Positions 59,706 to 64,000 of a stretch of 64,000 bases of DNA are shown here, piece by piece (positions within the stretch are counted from its first letter, which is position 1; each line of letters starts with the position of its first letter). The translations under genes and the position numbers were made by a program. Location of the stretch: contig CM022665.1 of the NCBI GenBank assembly GCA_012295275.1, positions 36,642,001-36,706,000 of the forward strand, in the 5' to 3' direction. This DNA comes from Chrysomallon squamiferum (lineage: Eukaryota; Animalia; Mollusca). Below the pieces are notes generated by a model. The model worked only from the letters and a program-made list of their open reading frames with translations, was not told where the DNA came from and did no database searches.

Positions 59706-59718
59706 CTCTCTCTCTCTC
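59620..59718. repeat. (CT)n microsatellite
   Basis: Directly visible. Confidence 0.97.
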
Positions 59719-60794
59719 CTCTGTTCGCATCTGTTCGTATCTTTAAAAAAAAAAAATATATATATTATCTTTCTCTTTCTCTTTCTCTTTCTAATAGAAC
59801 ATCAAACCCTAAACTACCCGGAAAAGAATTCATCAAACAAATCGAAAACGGGTGACTGCAGTGCGTGCTGTTGCTTAGCAACAAATGGCATGAAAAGGGA
59901 AACAACTTACGTGACATATTGCTATAAATAATCAATGAAAATAACCGACTTGTAGAAGTCTGCAATCAATTGATTCGACGACTCGATGATGAAACTGCCA
60001 ATAACTTTTAACATCGAAACCTTCAGTGGACGGTCTAGGAGATTTGTAAATTGAGAACCATCCACTTACAGCTGACAAAACGATTTCTGTTTGAAAAATT
60101 ATCCACATGGAACTTTTAATCGACTTTATAAATGCTGCTGATACTGATGGTTCTACTGCTACTGACACTGATGGTGCTGCTGCTGCTACAAGTGTTACTG
60201 CTATGACGTTGAAATTGCTACCACTGCAGATGTTGTTATTACTACTGCTACGCTATTGCTGTTGCTATTTCTGTTAAAAATCGTTGATGCTGTCAGTACA
60301 GTTGATGTGAGTGCCACTGAAGCTGTTAGCACCATTGACGATGCTAATACGCTGATGTTGTTTGGCTGCTGTCACTTCAGTAAATTTCTGAAATATTTAT
60401 TATATTTGCTTGCAATATTAAAACACCTGGTATTGACTATTATGCTGTTGTCATAACGGGACTTCACATAATAGAAGTTTATTCACATTACAGCCATTCT
60501 GTGATAACTGCGAACTCATAATGTGGCCAGCAGCAGCTTTCTCGTCCTGCATTATCATCACAATATAACACAAATGACACGCAGTAACGGTTATTATACA
60601 CATATATGTTTGGAATCAAACACATTTTACAAAGACTGTAGACTGGAGAATTATATTGTACAAAACACAATGAATTACAATACTGAGATTTTATCTTTTG
60701 AAACTAATTTAAAACAGTTTACATAGAACAGAATCAGTTTACATTGTAAACACATCTACGTATTTAGTTACCTATTTATTTAACTCGATATTCA

Positions 60795-60839
<45 letters not shown>

Positions 60840-60843
60840 GTTA

Positions 60844-60876
<33 letters not shown>

Positions 60877-62096
60877 AAGTAATAACAACAATAATAATAA
60901 TAATAACAATTATTATTATTATTACTATCAGCATCGTCATTATTATGATTGTTTTTGTTGTTGTTGTCGTCGTCGTCATCATGTTTCAATCATGTACATT
61001 TCATTATGAGTAAATCTACTGATAACTCACACACACACATGAAAAAAAAAGAAGAAGAAAGTCATAAATACAACCAAACACGTGAGAATGTCTTTACACC
61101 CAAATAAAAGAAACAAATACAACTGAGCACGAACATCATGCATGTGTAAGAATGCGTTTATATGTCTAAACAAACATATAAATAAAACAAAACCAAAAAA
61201 ACAAAACAAACAAACAACAACAACTGGAACACGTGCATTACGCTTGTGTTGGTGAGAATGCGTATGTGTGTGTGCGCATGTGTCTGTGTTTGTGCCCGTA
61301 TGTGAACGTTGTTCATAACTTGACAATATTAAAACCAGTCACAACGGAAAGCATGAAACCACAAATTAATCGCGCCACACACCCTCTCTGCCCCATGTTC
61401 CACGCCATTATACTTGGAACAGCTCTTGACTTTATGGTTTCCAGTCCGAATATAAGGCTCTCACACGGCGAAAAGGTAAACCGATACGTTATATTGCTGA
61501 TTACACGGAAATGTTACACCCAATGTTTTAATCTACACATATGTATTTCATTATCCAAGTTAACGAAATGAATCTATAAGATAAATGAAAAAGTCATGGG
61601 AGTAATAATATGCTAGCAAAGCAAGGCTCTCTTGTAGTCTTAAGCAATGGTAATAAAAAATATATATATAATTTTTTTAAATTTTTTTGTTTTGAAAATA
61701 GAGTCGTAAAAAAAAGAGGATGTAAAACAAAATATTTGTTGTTTTTTTTGGGTTTTTTTTAAATGCATTTAGTGACATATATCGGAGGTGAAAAGAGAAG
61801 ATGTAAGAGTTTAAAGCATTTGTTTTGTATAAAGGAATAAAGATTCTTGAACAGATAACGTGTTTGGAATATGTTTCTTGTTTTACTGTTTAAAAAAGCC
61901 AACAAAAACACAACATAATTTAACAGAGAAGAAATGCGGTAGAATAAATGAATTAATTAATGACTGACTGAATTTTAATATAATCATTTTCTTCTTTATT
62001 ACTATTGTTGTTGTTGTTGTTGTTGCTGCTGTTATTATTAGTGATTTTTTTCGCTGTTTCTTTTTGGTTGTTTCCTTCTTGTTATTTATTCTTGCT

Positions 62097-62157
<61 letters not shown>

Positions 62158-62689
62158 CTATTACTATTACTATTACTGTTACTGTTAGTGTTATTACTGA
62201 TGTTACCATTGTTGTTTTCGTTCTTGTTGTTGTTTATTGATCTTGTTATTATCATCACACCTACTGAATATCAACACACGTAAACATGTAATATTCTTTT
62301 TTCTTTTTTTTTTTTTCATATGATATTTTCACTTTTTACAGAGATATTGTCCTATATATGCAGGGAGTGGGGGGTGTTCGAGCGCGCGCAAGTCACGTTG
62401 TCAGGAGACAAGGTCAAGTACGATGTAAATCTCGCAAAACTTCGCGTGACTGCCACAGCCGCGAGGAGCTTAATATAAACCGATTTATACTTCAATTAAA
62501 TAAATATTCCTGTACGAAACGAGATACTCAGTAATTGAATGAAACTCGACCTTAATTCTGAGAAAGTTGGTTTCAATGGTTCCGAAAATATCCGCATAAT
62601 TATAAAATTATGAATGACTCTTACGTCATCAAAATAAATAATAAATAAAAATAGAGGTTTATTGTTTTATTATTGCTATCGTAGTATAT

Positions 62690-63300
62690 CATTATTTCAT
62701 TTTATTTTATTTTACTTTACTTTATTTCATTTTATTTTATTTTACTTTACTTTACTTTATTTCATTTTATTTTATTTTACTTGTTATTTATTTGTCTTAT
62801 AATTATTCTTGTTTTACATTTTTTATTTCAGGATATTTGTTTTTATCTATTTAGTTGCTTATTTTAAGATTATTAATCCATTCATTTATTATTTGTATTT
62901 ATTTATCTTATATTATTTATTTAGTTAGTTAGTTAGTTAGTAAGTTTACTTTTTATGACAACAGCATTTATTTGTATTTGTATTTATTTTATATTTGTTA
63001 ATTTCACTTATGTATATATTTAGTTATTTTTATTTAAATTATTTATTATTTATTATTATTATTACTATTTATTTATTTTGTTTCTTTCTTTTATATATAA
63101 ATTTCGTTTTTATTTTGTTTTCAATTTTTCCTTTCATTTTTTTTTTTTTTTGTTTGTTTTTGCTTCTAAATTTGTTTTTATTTGTTTTTATTTTATTATT
63201 ACTATTGTATTTATTTATCTATTTACTTACTTACTTACTTATTTATTTTATTTTATTTTATTTTATTTATTATTTCATTTTATTATCATTTCTTTTCTTT
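62690..63300. repeat. AT-rich (TTTTA/TTTAC/TTTA)n low-complexity tract
   Basis: Directly visible, with short higher-order duplications at ~62695-62780. Confidence 0.85.
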
Positions 63301-64000
63301 CCCGCCAATTTCTTTTTCTTTATTGTCATTATTATTAAAAAACAAATTCACCCGTTTATTTATTACGATTTTTAAAATAAATTGTATTTGTAATTTAAAG
63401 AATTTCTTCCTATATTTTAAGCTTTCTCGTTTCTATATTTTTCTTTGGGTTTAGTTTACTTTTGTTTTGGTTTCGCTGTCAGCCGCGTTATATTCCTATT
63501 TCGTCAAATTATGACGCTAAAAAAAACCAACAAGAACACAAACGGACACTTATTTTCAATTCCGAAGCGTGAAATATTTATCGTTCTGTTCAAAAATTAT
63601 GGTACAATCGCTAGTTTCTTTCGATAATGAAATGGAAAATATTAGTTTGAACTTGACAACTTGGCAGCGATAGACATCACAATTTTCCCGTTATCTTGAA
63701 ATATTGTTGCTTCTCGCCATCACAAGTAATAATCGAGTCAAACAAGCGAACACCCATCGGACACAATCATAATAGTGTCCACTGAAGACAGTGCTGGGAC
63801 ACACACAGAATAGCCTGGCTTTTTTCACATCTACACCAAGCTTGATAATAACGATTATGATTATGATGATGATGTTGATGATGATGATGATCGTCATAAT
63901 GATAATGAATATGATGATGATGATAATAATGAATGTGATGATATTAATGATAATTATGACAATAATATTTACAACATCAATAGAATAATAATAATAATAA

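Noticed and set aside
60130-60380. Ala/Thr/Asp/Val-rich mucin-like coding segment
   Set aside because: Frame is not maintained and there are no convincing splice sites; best explained as a decayed (GCT/ACT/GAT) trinucleotide repeat.

Overview
Eukaryotic (animal) genomic DNA, very AT-rich and saturated with microsatellites. The style fits a lophotrochozoan/mollusc-like invertebrate, but that is inference only. The only protein-coding gene I can support is a Six1/2 (sine oculis) homeobox gene on the minus strand. It has a SIX-domain/homeodomain exon (11985 or 11928 to 11375), an 8.2-kb phase-2 intron, and a C-terminal exon (3127-2839, ending ...LLSDYQAL*) that the ORF track misses; the protein is about 280-299 aa. 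The remaining ~47 kb upstream is a gene desert with GC-richer, motif-dense islands (probable enhancers or alternative promoters) between simple repeats, plus several degenerate minisatellites. Almost all other ORFs in the track are translations of microsatellites. I see no new multi-gene system, CRISPR array or intact transposon. The best leads are regulatory: four in-frame alternative 3' splice acceptors, loss of two conserved Ser-Pro motifs, a possible spliced overlapping uORF, a compact X-box/Pbx/Six-site promoter, and a spaced ~80-bp repeat array carrying So-type sites just upstream of the gene.
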